DNA of 63,823 bases, counting the filler, from an uncultured Methanosarcinales archaeon (lineage in GTDB: Archaea > Nanobdellota > Nanobdellia > Woesearchaeales > CAYNLP01), in the NCBI GenBank assembly GCA_964398115.1. It is 4 parts of 4 records of this genome, joined end to end, with 100 filler letters (N's around TTAATTAATTAA, not from the genome) between each part and the next. Parts side by side here need not be neighbours in the genome. Positions count along the whole stretch, not along the records: positions 1 to 4,434 come from CAYNLP010000002.1; positions 4,535 to 11,544 come from CAYNLP010000005.1; 2 more parts are not named here. One strand, given 5' to 3'. The notes below the pieces were generated by a model, which was not told where the DNA came from, did no database searches, and saw nothing but the letters and a program-made list of their open reading frames with translations. Both the position numbers and the translations under genes were made by a program. This document shows, piece after piece, positions 1-9,302 of the stretch (its first letter is position 1; each line of letters begins with the position of its first letter).

Positions 1-120
1 GATATGCTCTTGGAAAAGAAAGGAATAGCGGATTTGGATTATATGGAACTCCTTCAGGAGTACATGATCTTGTACAGGTCATACCATCAACTCCGGGATG
101 AGCTGGAAAGGATAAGGTAA
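1..120 (+). CDS. 3' end of a hypothetical protein (partial)
   Basis: Frame 1 is open from base 1 (DMLLEKKGIADLDYMELLQEY...ERIR) to TAA at 118-120. Confidence 0.5.
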   Translation, partial: DMLLEKKGIADLDYMELLQEYMILYRSYHQLRDELERIR

Positions 121-182
121 ATTTTTGTTGAAAAGTGTTATTTGTTGACGACTAGATAGCTTTATGGGATTTGGTGACTACT

Positions 183-1997
183 ATGTGTGGAATTTTTGGA
201 TACATTGGTGAAAGGGAGGCAGCGCCTTTACTTTTGAGGGGGTTGAAGAGATTAGAGTATAGAGGTTACGATTCTGCTGGCATCTCCGTGTTAAGCAATC
301 CAGAAGTACGGGTTGTGAAGAAAGAAGGTGATATAAGCGAATTGCAGAAAAGTTTTGATAAAGAGGAGTTGCCGGGTAAAGCCGGCATCTCCCATACTAG
401 ATGGGCAACCACTGGTAAGGTAAACGATAGGAATGCTCATCCTCACACTAGTTGTGATGGAGAGATAAGCATTGTTCATAATGGCATCATTGAAAATGCA
501 AAAGAATTAAGGGAAGAATTGGAAAGAAAAGGTCATGTTTTTTCTTCAAATACTGATAGCGAGGTTGTGGCTCATCTTCTTGAAGAGGTTGACGCGAGTT
601 TAGAAGAAGCTATGATGGAAGTTGTGAATTCTTTAACTGGTAGCTTTGCACTAGTAGCTATACGAGTGGGTGAGCGGAAGCTTGTGGGTGCCAGGAAAGA
701 CAGTCCTCTTGTTGTTGGGATTTCAGAAGAAGAGAACTTTTTAGCATCTGACGTAACACCTTTCTTGGAATATACTGGAAGCGCTGTTTTTTTGGAAGAT
801 AATCAAGTTGTGGTGGTGGAAGAGGACAGTTTTGAAGTTTTTGACAAGTCTGGCAATAAGATAGATTTAGGTATTAGCGAGATTGATCAGGATTCGGAAG
901 AGATAGAGCTTAAGGGTCATGATACTTACATGCATAAAGAGATTTATGAACAACCTGATGTAGTTCGGAATAATTTGAAGTTGTTGCAAGATGGGAAAGT
1001 TAATTTTCCAAACTTAGAATTGGAAGATTTGGAAGGCTTTAACAGGATTATAATGACTGCTTGCGGTACTAGTTGGCATTCGTGCTTGATAGGAGAGTAC
1101 ATGTTTGAACAAATTCTTGACGTGCCTGTTGAGGTTGAGTATGCAAGCGAATTTAGATACAGCCAGGCCCCTCTTAGTGAACATGATTTAGTAGTTGGGA
1201 TTAGCCAATCTGGGGAAACGGCTGACACGTTAGCGGCTTTAAGAAAGGCAAAAGAAGAAGGTGCCACCACGCTGGGAGTTATTAACGTTCCTAATAGTAC
1301 GATGGCGAGAGAGGTGGATGAGAATGTTTTCATACAAGCAGGTAAGGAAATAGGAGTTGCGAGTACAAAAGCTTTCGTAGGGCAAATAACGGCTTTAAGC
1401 CTTTTAGCACTTAAATTTTATAGTGATTCGGAAGTTTCGGGCTTTGAAAGCCGGTTTCTTAAGGATATGAGGTGTTTGCCTCGTCTAATTGAGGATTTGC
1501 TAGAGAAAGAAGGTGAGGTTAAAGAATTGGCTGAAAAGTACAATAGAGATGGTGATTTACAGAATGCTTTGTTTATGGGTCGGGGTATTAATTTCCCAAC
1601 GGCTTTGGAAGGAGCTCTGAAATTAAAAGAGATTAGTTATGTTCACGCGGAGGGTTATCCCGCGGCGGAGATGAAGCATGGTCCGATTGCTTTGATTGAT
1701 GATGAAATGCCTAGCGTTTTTATCGCAAATAACGGCAACGAGCTTTACAGAAAGGTTTTAAACAATATTGAAGAGGTTAAAACTCGAGGAGGTAAGATAA
1801 TAGCTATCACGGATCATGAAGATGAAGAATTAGAAAGGTTAGCTGATGATTTGATAAAGGTGCCTAAAGTTCATCCTTGCTTGTCTCCAATAGTTAATGT
1901 TATTCCTTTGCAGCTGTTTTCTCTGCATATGGCCAAGTTGAGAGGGTTAAATGTAGATAAGCCGCGTAACCTTGCCAAATCAGTCACTGTTGAATAA
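183..1997 (+). CDS. glmS: Glutamine-fructose-6-phosphate transaminase (isomerizing)
   Basis: N-terminal MCGIFG (catalytic Cys, ATG at 183), EYRGYDSAG, HTRWAT, SQSGETADT, C-terminal PRNLAKSVTVE. Confidence 0.98.
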   Translation: MCGIFGYIGEREAAPLLLRGLKRLEYRGYDSAGISVLSNPEVRVVKKEGDISELQKSFDKEELPGKAGISHTRWATTGKVNDRNAHPHTSCDGEISIVHNGIIENAKELREELERKGHVFSSNTDSEVVAHLLEEVDASLEEAMMEVVNSLTGSFALVAIRVGERKLVGARKDSPLVVGISEEENFLASDVTPFLEYTGSAVFLEDNQVVVVEEDSFEVFDKSGNKIDLGISEIDQDSEEIELKGHDTYMHKEIYEQPDVVRNNLKLLQDGKVNFPNLELEDLEGFNRIIMTACGTSWHSCLIGEYMFEQILDVPVEVEYASEFRYSQAPLSEHDLVVGISQSGETADTLAALRKAKEEGATTLGVINVPNSTMAREVDENVFIQAGKEIGVASTKAFVGQITALSLLALKFYSDSEVSGFESRFLKDMRCLPRLIEDLLEKEGEVKELAEKYNRDGDLQNALFMGRGINFPTALEGALKLKEISYVHAEGYPAAEMKHGPIALIDDEMPSVFIANNGNELYRKVLNNIEEVKTRGGKIIAITDHEDEELERLADDLIKVPKVHPCLSPIVNVIPLQLFSLHMAKLRGLNVDKPRNLAKSVTVE

Positions 1998-2002
1998 TTT
2001 TT

Positions 2003-2395
2003 TTAGTAGGTTTCTATTTCTAAGTTTTCTATTTGGGAGAAGTGTTTTATGTTATCTGTTAGTAGTGTTTCATTAGTTTTCTTTGCTATTCCTGCTATCA
2101 TGCAGTCTATCATGTCTATGGGTTTTCCTTTATCTAGTAGTTCGCTTTCGATTTCTGCGCTGATTTTGGCACTTTCTTCATCTAGTTTTAGGATCATCTG
2201 ATTTTCAAGGGTTTCTTGGATTAGCTTTATTTCTTCTTTTGATTTTTTGCTTCTTTTTGCTCCTCTCCATAATTCTATAAGGGTTGGTGCTGGTACTCCC
2301 CAGCTTTTTCCTTGTTTTTCTATTTCGTCTAATTTTTTGATCGCTTTTTCTTTTTCGTTCATGAGGTCTATTAAGAAGGAGGTGTCAAGTATCAT
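2003..2395 (-). CDS. vapC: PIN-domain toxin, VapC family
   Basis: ILDTSFLID N-terminus, EL..G, D..IAG.A, LLTDN.KHF. Confidence 0.93.
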   Translation of the reverse strand: MILDTSFLIDLMNEKEKAIKKLDEIEKQGKSWGVPAPTLIELWRGAKRSKKSKEEIKLIQETLENQMILKLDEESAKISAEIESELLDKGKPIDMIDCMIAGIAKKTNETLLTDNIKHFSQIENLEIETY

Positions 2396-2628
2396 TTGTT
2401 CATTTTTTCTTGGATTTTCTTTCTTCTCTTATTGGTTTCTTTTCGTCTTTCTTTAATTTCGTCTTTCATGTTTTTGGCTTCTTTGTCTGATAGTGTACCG
2501 ATTAAGTTTCTTATGCTTTTACTTCCGAATTCTCTGTTTATGACGTCGCTGAAGCTTTCGTTTTCTTTTTTCTTGGCTTTTAGCTTTTTGTATGCATCTT
2601 CTTTTATGGTGATTGTTTTGGTCGCCAT
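2392..2628 (-). CDS. vapB: Archaeal antitoxin, VapB/UPF0330-like
   Basis: MATKTITIKEDAY..L...K..ESFSDVI.R motif; ATGA overlap with vapC. Confidence 0.88.
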   Translation of the reverse strand: MATKTITIKEDAYKKLKAKKKENESFSDVINREFGSKSIRNLIGTLSDKEAKNMKDEIKERRKETNKRRKKIQEKMNK

Positions 2629-2719
2629 TTTTACAAGTATGTGTATGTACTTGTTTTTTATATAGTTATTGGTTGCATTCTCGAATACTTTTTAACTATC
2701 ACGTATTTTTTATGCTAAT

Positions 2720-3829
2720 ATGAAGACTCAGGTTAGTAGTTTGGAGCTTTCGTACTTGGTTCGTGAGTTGGATGAGTTGGTGGATTGTCGGGTTAACAAG
2801 GTTTTTCAGAAAGAGGATGGTTTCTTGTTTGACTTGCACAAGCCTGGTGAAGGCAGGATTATGTTTCGTGCATTAATTCCTAACGCTGTTTTCTTCACTC
2901 AGTATAAGCCTGATTTTCCTAGTCATCCGCCGAAGTTTTGCATGTTTTTACGTAAGCACTTAGGGGGTATGATTGTGGATGAGGTTCGGCAGAAAGGTTT
3001 TGACAGGATTTTGGAGATTGAATTTAGTGGTTTTGGGGAAAAGTATATTCTCGTTTTGGAGTTGTTTAGTAAGGGTAATTTGATTTTGTGTAAGGAGGAT
3101 TATGAAATCGTTGCGCCGTTTAATAGTCAGACTTGGCAATCTCGTACTATTCGTGGAGGGACTGGGTATGAGTATCCTCCTGATCAGTTAAATCCTTACG
3201 AACTGGATTTTGATAGTTTTTGGCAAGTTTTTGAGGATAGTGATATGGATGAAGTTGTTAAGACTTTGGCGGTTGACTTTGGCCTTGGTGGTGCGTATGC
3301 TGAAGAGGTTTGTGCTAGGGCTGGGATTGATAAGAGTTTGTCGAGTGAAGACTTAGTTGAAGAAAAGGCTAGGAGTTTGTTTGAAGGTTTGGATGAGGTT
3401 TTGAATAGTGAAGTTGAGGCTACGGCGGTTGGTGATAGAGTTTATCCGTTTGATCCTGTGAGTGTGGAAGGTGAGAGGAAGTATTTTGACAGTTTTAACG
3501 AAGCGGTTGATGAAGTGGTTAGTAGGAATTTGGTGGCTAGAAAGGAAGAGGAGAAGGAGGAAATCCGTCAGGAGCGTATTGACAAAGTTGAGAATATTAT
3601 TAGGGATCAAGAGGAGAGTATTAAGAAGTTGAAAGGTGATATCAGGGATAATAAGAGGAAGGGTGAGTTGGTTTTTGAAAATTATCAAAGGTTGAGTGAT
3701 TTGTTGTATCAGGTTAACCAGGCTCGTGAGGACGGGTTGAGTTGGGATGAAATTCGGGAGAAACTGGAAGAAGTGGATTGGGTTGAGCAAGTTAATGATA
3801 AAGAGAAATTGTTAGTGGTAGACCTATAA
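2720..3829 (+). CDS. Rqc2/NEMF/FbpA-family protein: NFACT-N, HhH and coiled coil only
   Basis: PPKFCMFLRKHL, VRQKGFDRILEI, LELFSKGNLIL, GLGGAYAEEVC; ends at 369 aa with no NFACT-R/C domains. Confidence 0.88.
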   Translation: MKTQVSSLELSYLVRELDELVDCRVNKVFQKEDGFLFDLHKPGEGRIMFRALIPNAVFFTQYKPDFPSHPPKFCMFLRKHLGGMIVDEVRQKGFDRILEIEFSGFGEKYILVLELFSKGNLILCKEDYEIVAPFNSQTWQSRTIRGGTGYEYPPDQLNPYELDFDSFWQVFEDSDMDEVVKTLAVDFGLGGAYAEEVCARAGIDKSLSSEDLVEEKARSLFEGLDEVLNSEVEATAVGDRVYPFDPVSVEGERKYFDSFNEAVDEVVSRNLVARKEEEKEEIRQERIDKVENIIRDQEESIKKLKGDIRDNKRKGELVFENYQRLSDLLYQVNQAREDGLSWDEIREKLEEVDWVEQVNDKEKLLVVDL

Positions 3830-3864
3830 GTTTTATATAATATGTTTGGTAGATTCTGTTTTTG

Positions 3865-4413
3865 ATGAAGGTTAAGAGTAATGTGTACATGGCTGCTTTG
3901 AACGGCTTTCTAGTATTGCTTACTTATTTCTTTACCGTCGTATTAGGGGTTTTGATGTTGAAGTATTGGCATGGTATTGACTTGGTGGGTTTGTTGTTGG
4001 ATCTTTGGCCTAGGAATATACCCTTTGGTTCTGAATTCTTGAGTTTTCTTAAGACGTTGGTTGAGCATTTCTTAATAGCTGTTTTCGTTTTTGGATTGTT
4101 TCACGCGGCTGTTATTTCAAATAATGAGTTGAGAATACTTGAGGATAGTTTGCAATACACGAAAGGTTTGTTAATGGTTGAAACTGGCGAGGTGGATTGG
4201 AGTGATGTGAGGCAGGTTTATACTGAGGATTATCCTTTCTTTTGGAATACTAAAAAGTTGGTTGTTAAGAGTTTGAGTGCTGAGACTTTGGAATTTCCTT
4301 ATGTTAGAAGTGCGGAAGAGGTAAAGAGTGAAATCTTGAACAGGGTTAAAGAGAGGAGTGAAGAGGATGAGGTTGAGTCTATGCTTCAGCGTCCGATAAC
4401 TGCTCCCTCATAG
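3865..4413 (+). CDS. Membrane protein, possibly with a bacterial PH-like domain
   Basis: Two hydrophobic helices followed by a beta-rich YTKGLL...VDWSDVRQV segment. Confidence 0.55.
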   Translation: MKVKSNVYMAALNGFLVLLTYFFTVVLGVLMLKYWHGIDLVGLLLDLWPRNIPFGSEFLSFLKTLVEHFLIAVFVFGLFHAAVISNNELRILEDSLQYTKGLLMVETGEVDWSDVRQVYTEDYPFFWNTKKLVVKSLSAETLEFPYVRSAEEVKSEILNRVKERSEEDEVESMLQRPITAPS

Positions 4414-4434
4414 CCATTTTTTGATAGTATTGTA

Positions 4435-4534
4435 NNNNNNNNNNNNNNNNNNNNNNNNNNNNNNNNNNNNNNNNNNNNTTAATTAATTAANNNNNNNNNN
4501 NNNNNNNNNNNNNNNNNNNNNNNNNNNNNNNNNN
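4435..4534. other. Artificial contig linker
   Basis: N run, TTAATTAATTAA, N run; 100 nt. Confidence 0.99.
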
Positions 4535-4586
4535 GGTTGATACTCCTAACATACTACAAATTTTTCGGGATGGCTGTTGGTTGAAA

Positions 4587-5096
4587 ATGACAGATTATAT
4601 AGAAATAAGTAACAGAACGATATGGATCGGTATCATCGCAGGCGTAGTGGCATCGCTGTACTTGCTATTTCCTGTAATACTGCCGGGTTTCCCCAACCTC
4701 TGGTATGCCACGGGGATATTAGGCATATTTCTCGTGTGGGGATCTTTACAAGATGAGAGATTTCAAGGGTTCGTTATTGCAGCAGGAGTTTTTCTCATCA
4801 TCTCCTTCGCTGTGTATCCTGCAGTGACGAACTTCTTGGTAGATCAAGGAGGTCCAGTACAGAAGACAGAGAATACTGAAGTAGTGACTCTTAGCGTTCC
4901 TGACATGTTTTGCCAGGGATGTGTATACAGCGTTAGGGATGCACTAAAAGGGATTGATGGTGTGAAACAAGTGAAAGTGAGCTTGTCAGAAAAAGAAGCT
5001 GTTGTATCTTACAATCCGAAAAAGACAAGTCCTGAAGAGATGGTGCAGAATAGAGTTGTCGAAGGTTATGGAGGTAGTATAAAGGAAACATCGTGA
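4587..5096 (+). CDS. Membrane protein with C-terminal heavy-metal-associated (HMA) domain, MerT/MerP-fusion-like
   Basis: Three TM helices, then VPDMFCQGC...V..AL..IDGV (HMA MxCxxC). Confidence 0.85.
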   Translation: MTDYIEISNRTIWIGIIAGVVASLYLLFPVILPGFPNLWYATGILGIFLVWGSLQDERFQGFVIAAGVFLIISFAVYPAVTNFLVDQGGPVQKTENTEVVTLSVPDMFCQGCVYSVRDALKGIDGVKQVKVSLSEKEAVVSYNPKKTSPEEMVQNRVVEGYGGSIKETS

Positions 5097-6058
5097 GCAC
5101 GAAAAAGTTCAAAAGAGGGTTGGGAATAACCGCGTTTTTTCTGTTCACGATAATACTTGTAGGTCTGTTCTGGCTTGCAACCAACCCCACTCAGACGGTC
5201 ACGCTAACTCTAGCTTATGCTGCTGGTCTTTCCATGATCTTCCTGCCCTGTACCTTGCCCTTGGTCTTTATAATAATCCCGCTGAGCACTGGAGAAGGAT
5301 ATCGTAAAGGATTGTCCATGTCGCTATTATTTGGTCTGGGACTCGCAGTGACTTTAACCCTGTATGGTATCGCCGTAGCGTGGCTGGGCGACTACTTCGG
5401 GTTGGATGAAATAACACGAGGAATGTTCGTAGTGGCGGGAATAGCAGCATATATTTTTGGATTGACAGAATTAGATCTTATCAGTTTTGAAATACCCGAA
5501 ATAGGTGGTTTACCTCAATTCATCCAGGAAAAAGGAAATTATTTGAAGTCATTCATTATGGGGGTTTTCCTCGGAAATGCCGGTGTGGGATGTCCCAACC
5601 CAGCTTTTTATGTGCTTCTCGCATTTATAGCTACCACGGGAAATCTGTTCTACGGCGGGGGTCTCGGATTAGTACACGGCATTGGAAGAGCCACTCCATT
5701 GATCTTCCTTTCAATACTCGCAATCTTGGGCATCAACGCCTCAAGCTGGATTTCAGCTAAAAGAGAAGCTGTAGACAAAATAATGGGTTGGTTCCTCATA
5801 ATAGTTGGAGTGTTCATTTTCAGTATTGGGTTCTTTGGTATGTATTGGTGGGAAACATCCTTTATACATCAATATTGGAACGAGTTTATCAAATCTATTT
5901 CGCCACAACTGGCGGAGACAACTTCTGCTGCAGAATTTTTTGAGATAAGCTTAGAACCCCAAATAATCGAGAAGTACTGGCCCTCTGCTCCATGGTGGAC
6001 AATGGGAGTATTCACTATAATACCAGCTGTATGGCTAAAACTGAGGGGAGATCTATGA
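5093..6058 (+). CDS. CcdA/DsbD-family transmembrane thiol-disulfide electron transporter
   Basis: Multi-TM, conserved LPCTLPL and GCPNP cysteines. Confidence 0.85.
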   Translation: MSTKKFKRGLGITAFFLFTIILVGLFWLATNPTQTVTLTLAYAAGLSMIFLPCTLPLVFIIIPLSTGEGYRKGLSMSLLFGLGLAVTLTLYGIAVAWLGDYFGLDEITRGMFVVAGIAAYIFGLTELDLISFEIPEIGGLPQFIQEKGNYLKSFIMGVFLGNAGVGCPNPAFYVLLAFIATTGNLFYGGGLGLVHGIGRATPLIFLSILAILGINASSWISAKREAVDKIMGWFLIIVGVFIFSIGFFGMYWWETSFIHQYWNEFIKSISPQLAETTSAAEFFEISLEPQIIEKYWPSAPWWTMGVFTIIPAVWLKLRGDL

Positions 6059-6516
6059 ATGAAAAAATAATCAAAAAATTAATCATCGTTTTGCTGATTC
6101 TCTCTGTAATACCCTTAATCGGAGCTCACTCTATAGATAAGAAAGAAGAAACTCTAGACTCAAAAGAGTATGAAATAAGTTTAGAGACCAAACCAAAATA
6201 TCCGGTAACTGGAAAAACTACAGAACTACTATTTACAATTCACACGGAGAGAGGTCATGGAGAAGACCTTAAAGTAATATCTAAGATTGGAGATGAAGAA
6301 GTAATAGCGAAAGAGAGCGGACATGATACTTACAAAGCCAGATACGAATTTGATAAGTCCGGAAATAAAAGCATTGATATCAGCATTGATGGAGAAAAAG
6401 TAGGAGCCCTAACAGTTCAAGTTGACTCGTTCGGGAAAAAAGGTTGGATCAGTACCCTAGTATTAATATTCTTCACTTTCATAATATTATTTGCTATGTA
6501 TAAGGATTTGAGGTGA
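6055..6516 (+). CDS. Secreted Ig/YtkA-like protein with C-terminal TM anchor
   Basis: ATG at 6055 overlaps upstream TGA; signal peptide, beta-rich core, C-terminal TM. Confidence 0.6.
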   Translation: MNEKIIKKLIIVLLILSVIPLIGAHSIDKKEETLDSKEYEISLETKPKYPVTGKTTELLFTIHTERGHGEDLKVISKIGDEEVIAKESGHDTYKARYEFDKSGNKSIDISIDGEKVGALTVQVDSFGKKGWISTLVLIFFTFIILFAMYKDLR

Positions 6517-6770
6517 ATGAAATGACTAAAGTAGAGGTCTTGACAGCTCCAGGATGCGCTCATTGTATGAAAGCAAAGAAGTACTTAGAAGAATTGCAAG
6601 AAAATTATGATTTCGAGCTAGAAATCAAAGATTTAACCGAAAATCCTCAGCTTGCTCAAGAATATGACATAATGACATCTCCCGGTATTGTAATTGATGG
6701 CGAAGTTGCATTCCAAGGAGGGGTAAAGAAAGAATCACTTAAGAGGAAATTAGAGAAGGTTTTAAAATGA
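6513..6770 (+). CDS. Thioredoxin/glutaredoxin-like protein
   Basis: TAPGCAHC, IMTSPGIVIDG cis-Pro region. Confidence 0.9.
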   Translation: MNEMTKVEVLTAPGCAHCMKAKKYLEELQENYDFELEIKDLTENPQLAQEYDIMTSPGIVIDGEVAFQGGVKKESLKRKLEKVLK

Positions 6771-6940
6771 AGGCAACTCTTGAATGTCCAGAATGCGGTC
6801 ACAAACAAGCAGAGAAGATACCTCAAAAGTCGTGTCTCCCCTTCTACAAATGTGAAGGCTGCAACGAAACCATAAAAGCGAAAAATGAATGTTGCGTTTT
6901 CTGCAGCTATTCTAACAAGAAATGTCCGGTTAACCAATGA
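6767..6940 (+). CDS. 57-aa GDCCVxC-type Cys-rich protein (not in ORF track)
   Basis: MKATLECPECGHKQAEKIPQKSCLPFYKCEGCNETIKAKNECCVFCSYSNKKCPVNQ; ATGA overlaps at both ends. Confidence 0.88.
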   Translation: MKATLECPECGHKQAEKIPQKSCLPFYKCEGCNETIKAKNECCVFCSYSNKKCPVNQ

Positions 6941-7599
6941 AAAAGAAAACAAAATATATCTCAGGAATTTTACTCCTAATTCTGGCTATTGGATTATATC
7001 TTTATCTAAAGAAATATACTCCGGTATTAGACATGTTTTCTCAAGAAAAAATTCAATCATTCATCTCCGGCTACGGTGCTTGGGGACCGATCGTTTTTAT
7101 ACTTATAGAAATAGTGGCAGTCATTTTCAGCCAACTTCCTAACATTCCTTTAACGCTTGCAGCAGGAGCAATTTGGGGGCCTTTACTAGGAGCTACTTTT
7201 GCAGTCATAGGCGGACTTATAGGAGGTTGTCTAGCTTTCACTATATCCAGATTTTTAGGAAAAGACATTGTGGAAAAACTTGTGGGAGATCAGTATGAAA
7301 TAATTTATGAAATACCTGAAAAGTATTTGACTATCGGGATTTTCGTCACACGCCTCGTACCTTTCCTTTCATTCGACATAATAAGTTACGGGGCTGGACT
7401 GACTGATATTAAATTCAGACATTTCTTCATCGCAACCCTATTAGGAATGATACCCATGACACTCTTATTTGCTTACATGGGAGAAAAAATAATGTTCGGA
7501 GAAGTATGGAGCATTGTCATGACGGGTCTCGTAGTCATAGCCATGATCGCCTTACCAGTAATTTTGAAAAAGTACGATTGGAACTTCCAGGAAAGATAA
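6937..7599 (+). CDS. TVP38/TMEM64 (VTT/DedA superfamily) membrane protein
   Basis: AAGAIWGPLLG, RLVPFLSFDIISYGAGLT, ATLLGMIP. Confidence 0.92.
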   Translation: MKKKTKYISGILLLILAIGLYLYLKKYTPVLDMFSQEKIQSFISGYGAWGPIVFILIEIVAVIFSQLPNIPLTLAAGAIWGPLLGATFAVIGGLIGGCLAFTISRFLGKDIVEKLVGDQYEIIYEIPEKYLTIGIFVTRLVPFLSFDIISYGAGLTDIKFRHFFIATLLGMIPMTLLFAYMGEKIMFGEVWSIVMTGLVVIAMIALPVILKKYDWNFQER

Positions 7600-7632
7600 C
7601 ATTTATATTCTAGAAAAAGAGTTAAAGAAAAT

Positions 7633-8136
7633 ATGAACAACAAAAAGGTGGGGGTTACCTTAATAGTTTTAGGCTTGGTCTTAGGCGGGATTGTTTTCAG
7701 TATGGCCCAAAGTTTAGAAGCTCAAGCTGCGCAACAAGAGTGTAATCCAAACCAACAATGTAAAGAAATAGCAACAGGTCTTGGCTGGAGTCACATAGGG
7801 ATAGGAGCTCTCGGTGCGATTCTAGCGTTAGGCATCTACCTAGTGTTTTTCAACACAAGCGAAAAAGCAATTTTAGAAAGATTAGAAGCAGAAAAAGAAA
7901 AGAAACTCGCTCAAGAAAGACTTGCCATCATGATGCAAGCCCTTGATGATAACGAGAAAGAAATATTGAAAGCAATTGCAGAACAAGATGGAATAACTCA
8001 AAAAACATTAAGATTTAGAACAGGTTTAAGCAAATCAAAAATAAGTCAAGTTCTCTCATCATTCGAGAAGAAAGGAATTGTAAAAAGAGAATCTAAAGGT
8101 AAAACATACGCTATTCACCTAACCCAACCCATATAA
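7633..8136 (+). CDS. Membrane-anchored winged-HTH protein
   Basis: Two TM helices flanking a C-x5-C loop; C-terminal GITQKTLRFRTGLSKSKISQVL..FEKKGIVKRE..GKT. Confidence 0.8.
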   Translation: MNNKKVGVTLIVLGLVLGGIVFSMAQSLEAQAAQQECNPNQQCKEIATGLGWSHIGIGALGAILALGIYLVFFNTSEKAILERLEAEKEKKLAQERLAIMMQALDDNEKEILKAIAEQDGITQKTLRFRTGLSKSKISQVLSSFEKKGIVKRESKGKTYAIHLTQPI

Positions 8137-8276
8137 ACTTTCATGAACGCAATAAGGCCACTATTATAATCTTCTAATGTGATAAACCTTTTTCGTGGTA
8201 ACCGTTCACACGGCAACTTTAATAAAAAAATAAAACTAAGATAGAAAAAAGTGGGAGATACTAGGAGGTTAAAATT

Positions 8277-8774
8277 ATGAGAAAAATACTATTACTCGGA
8301 CTCATAACATTATTCTTAATCTTAGCAGCTTGTGGACAACAAACAACAGATAACCAACCAGACCAGATGCAAAACGAACAAAATCAGCAAACAAATCCAC
8401 AAGACAACCAACCTACACAAGATCAACCAGAAACTAATGAACAAAACGAACAAGGACCAAACTCTCAAACTAACACCCAAGACGATCAACAAAATCAAAA
8501 TGTAAAAGAAGTTACTATGACAGCCAAGCAATTCACTTTCGAACCCAGCACAGTAAAGGTCCAGAAGGGACAAACGTTAAGATTGGAAGTTACGAGTACC
8601 GACGTAGCGCACGGCATAGCCATACCTCAATTTGGAATTGATAAAAGACTTCCAGTAGGGGAAACCGTAACTATAGAATTCACCCCTGATAAGACTGGAA
8701 CTTTCGATTTCATTTGCAGTGTCTACTGTGGATCAGGACATTCCAGCATGACAGGGAAGCTGATTGTAGAATGA
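8277..8774 (+). CDS. Lipoprotein with CuA-type cupredoxin domain
   Basis: Lipobox LAAC, Q/N-rich linker, DVAHG and CSVYCGSGHSSM ligand set. Confidence 0.88.
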   Translation: MRKILLLGLITLFLILAACGQQTTDNQPDQMQNEQNQQTNPQDNQPTQDQPETNEQNEQGPNSQTNTQDDQQNQNVKEVTMTAKQFTFEPSTVKVQKGQTLRLEVTSTDVAHGIAIPQFGIDKRLPVGETVTIEFTPDKTGTFDFICSVYCGSGHSSMTGKLIVE

Positions 8775-9247
8775 ATAACGTAAAAATTTTGAAAGTCTTA
8801 CGAAAAAGAAATTATACGCTCTTAGCACTATTTTCCTCTATAACAGTATTACTGATCTATCCTGCTATCCAGGTCTATACAACAGGTGGACTTCAGAATT
8901 ATAACGTTTGGTTTGAAGCAATACCTATTTTCAACCTTACAGTATTCATCCTTTTCGGCATATTATTCGGTCCACTATTAGCACTACAAATTTACAATAG
9001 GAAAAATGCTACGTGTAGCTTGGAAAAGAGACGTATAGGAGCTTCAAGCGGAGGCGTCGGAGCTTTAATAGCATTCTTCGTCCCTGCTTGTCCAGCCTGT
9101 TTGTCTATTGCAACGTTCATCCTCCCCACAGCCTCGGCTCTTAGCTTCACTCAATTCATATCAAAGTATGGAGTTTACCTTCTTATAGTAAGCGTAGGTC
9201 TAATGATACTGGGAATTTACTTACAAGACGGATTCAAACAAGCATAA
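8771..9247 (+). CDS. Membrane protein with intramembrane CPAC motif
   Basis: ATG at 8771 overlaps upstream stop; about four TMs; ACPAC. Confidence 0.7.
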   Translation: MNNVKILKVLRKRNYTLLALFSSITVLLIYPAIQVYTTGGLQNYNVWFEAIPIFNLTVFILFGILFGPLLALQIYNRKNATCSLEKRRIGASSGGVGALIAFFVPACPACLSIATFILPTASALSFTQFISKYGVYLLIVSVGLMILGIYLQDGFKQA

Positions 9248-9302
9248 ACTATATAAGACAATGTGTTATTCAGACTAAATAGGAATTTGGGGTGATAGTT
9301 AG

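Noticed and set aside
4435..4534. Palindromic TTAATTAATTAA repeated three times in the window
   Set aside because: Artificial stop-codon linker inside N runs joining contigs; not biological.
6885..7142. 85-aa ORF in the track
   Set aside because: Overlaps the better-supported GDCCVxC-type and VTT genes in other frames.
8340..8500. CAA/AAC-rich quasi-repeats
   Set aside because: Encodes a Q/N-rich protein linker; no regular repeat-spacer structure. No CRISPR array or cas gene was seen anywhere in the window.
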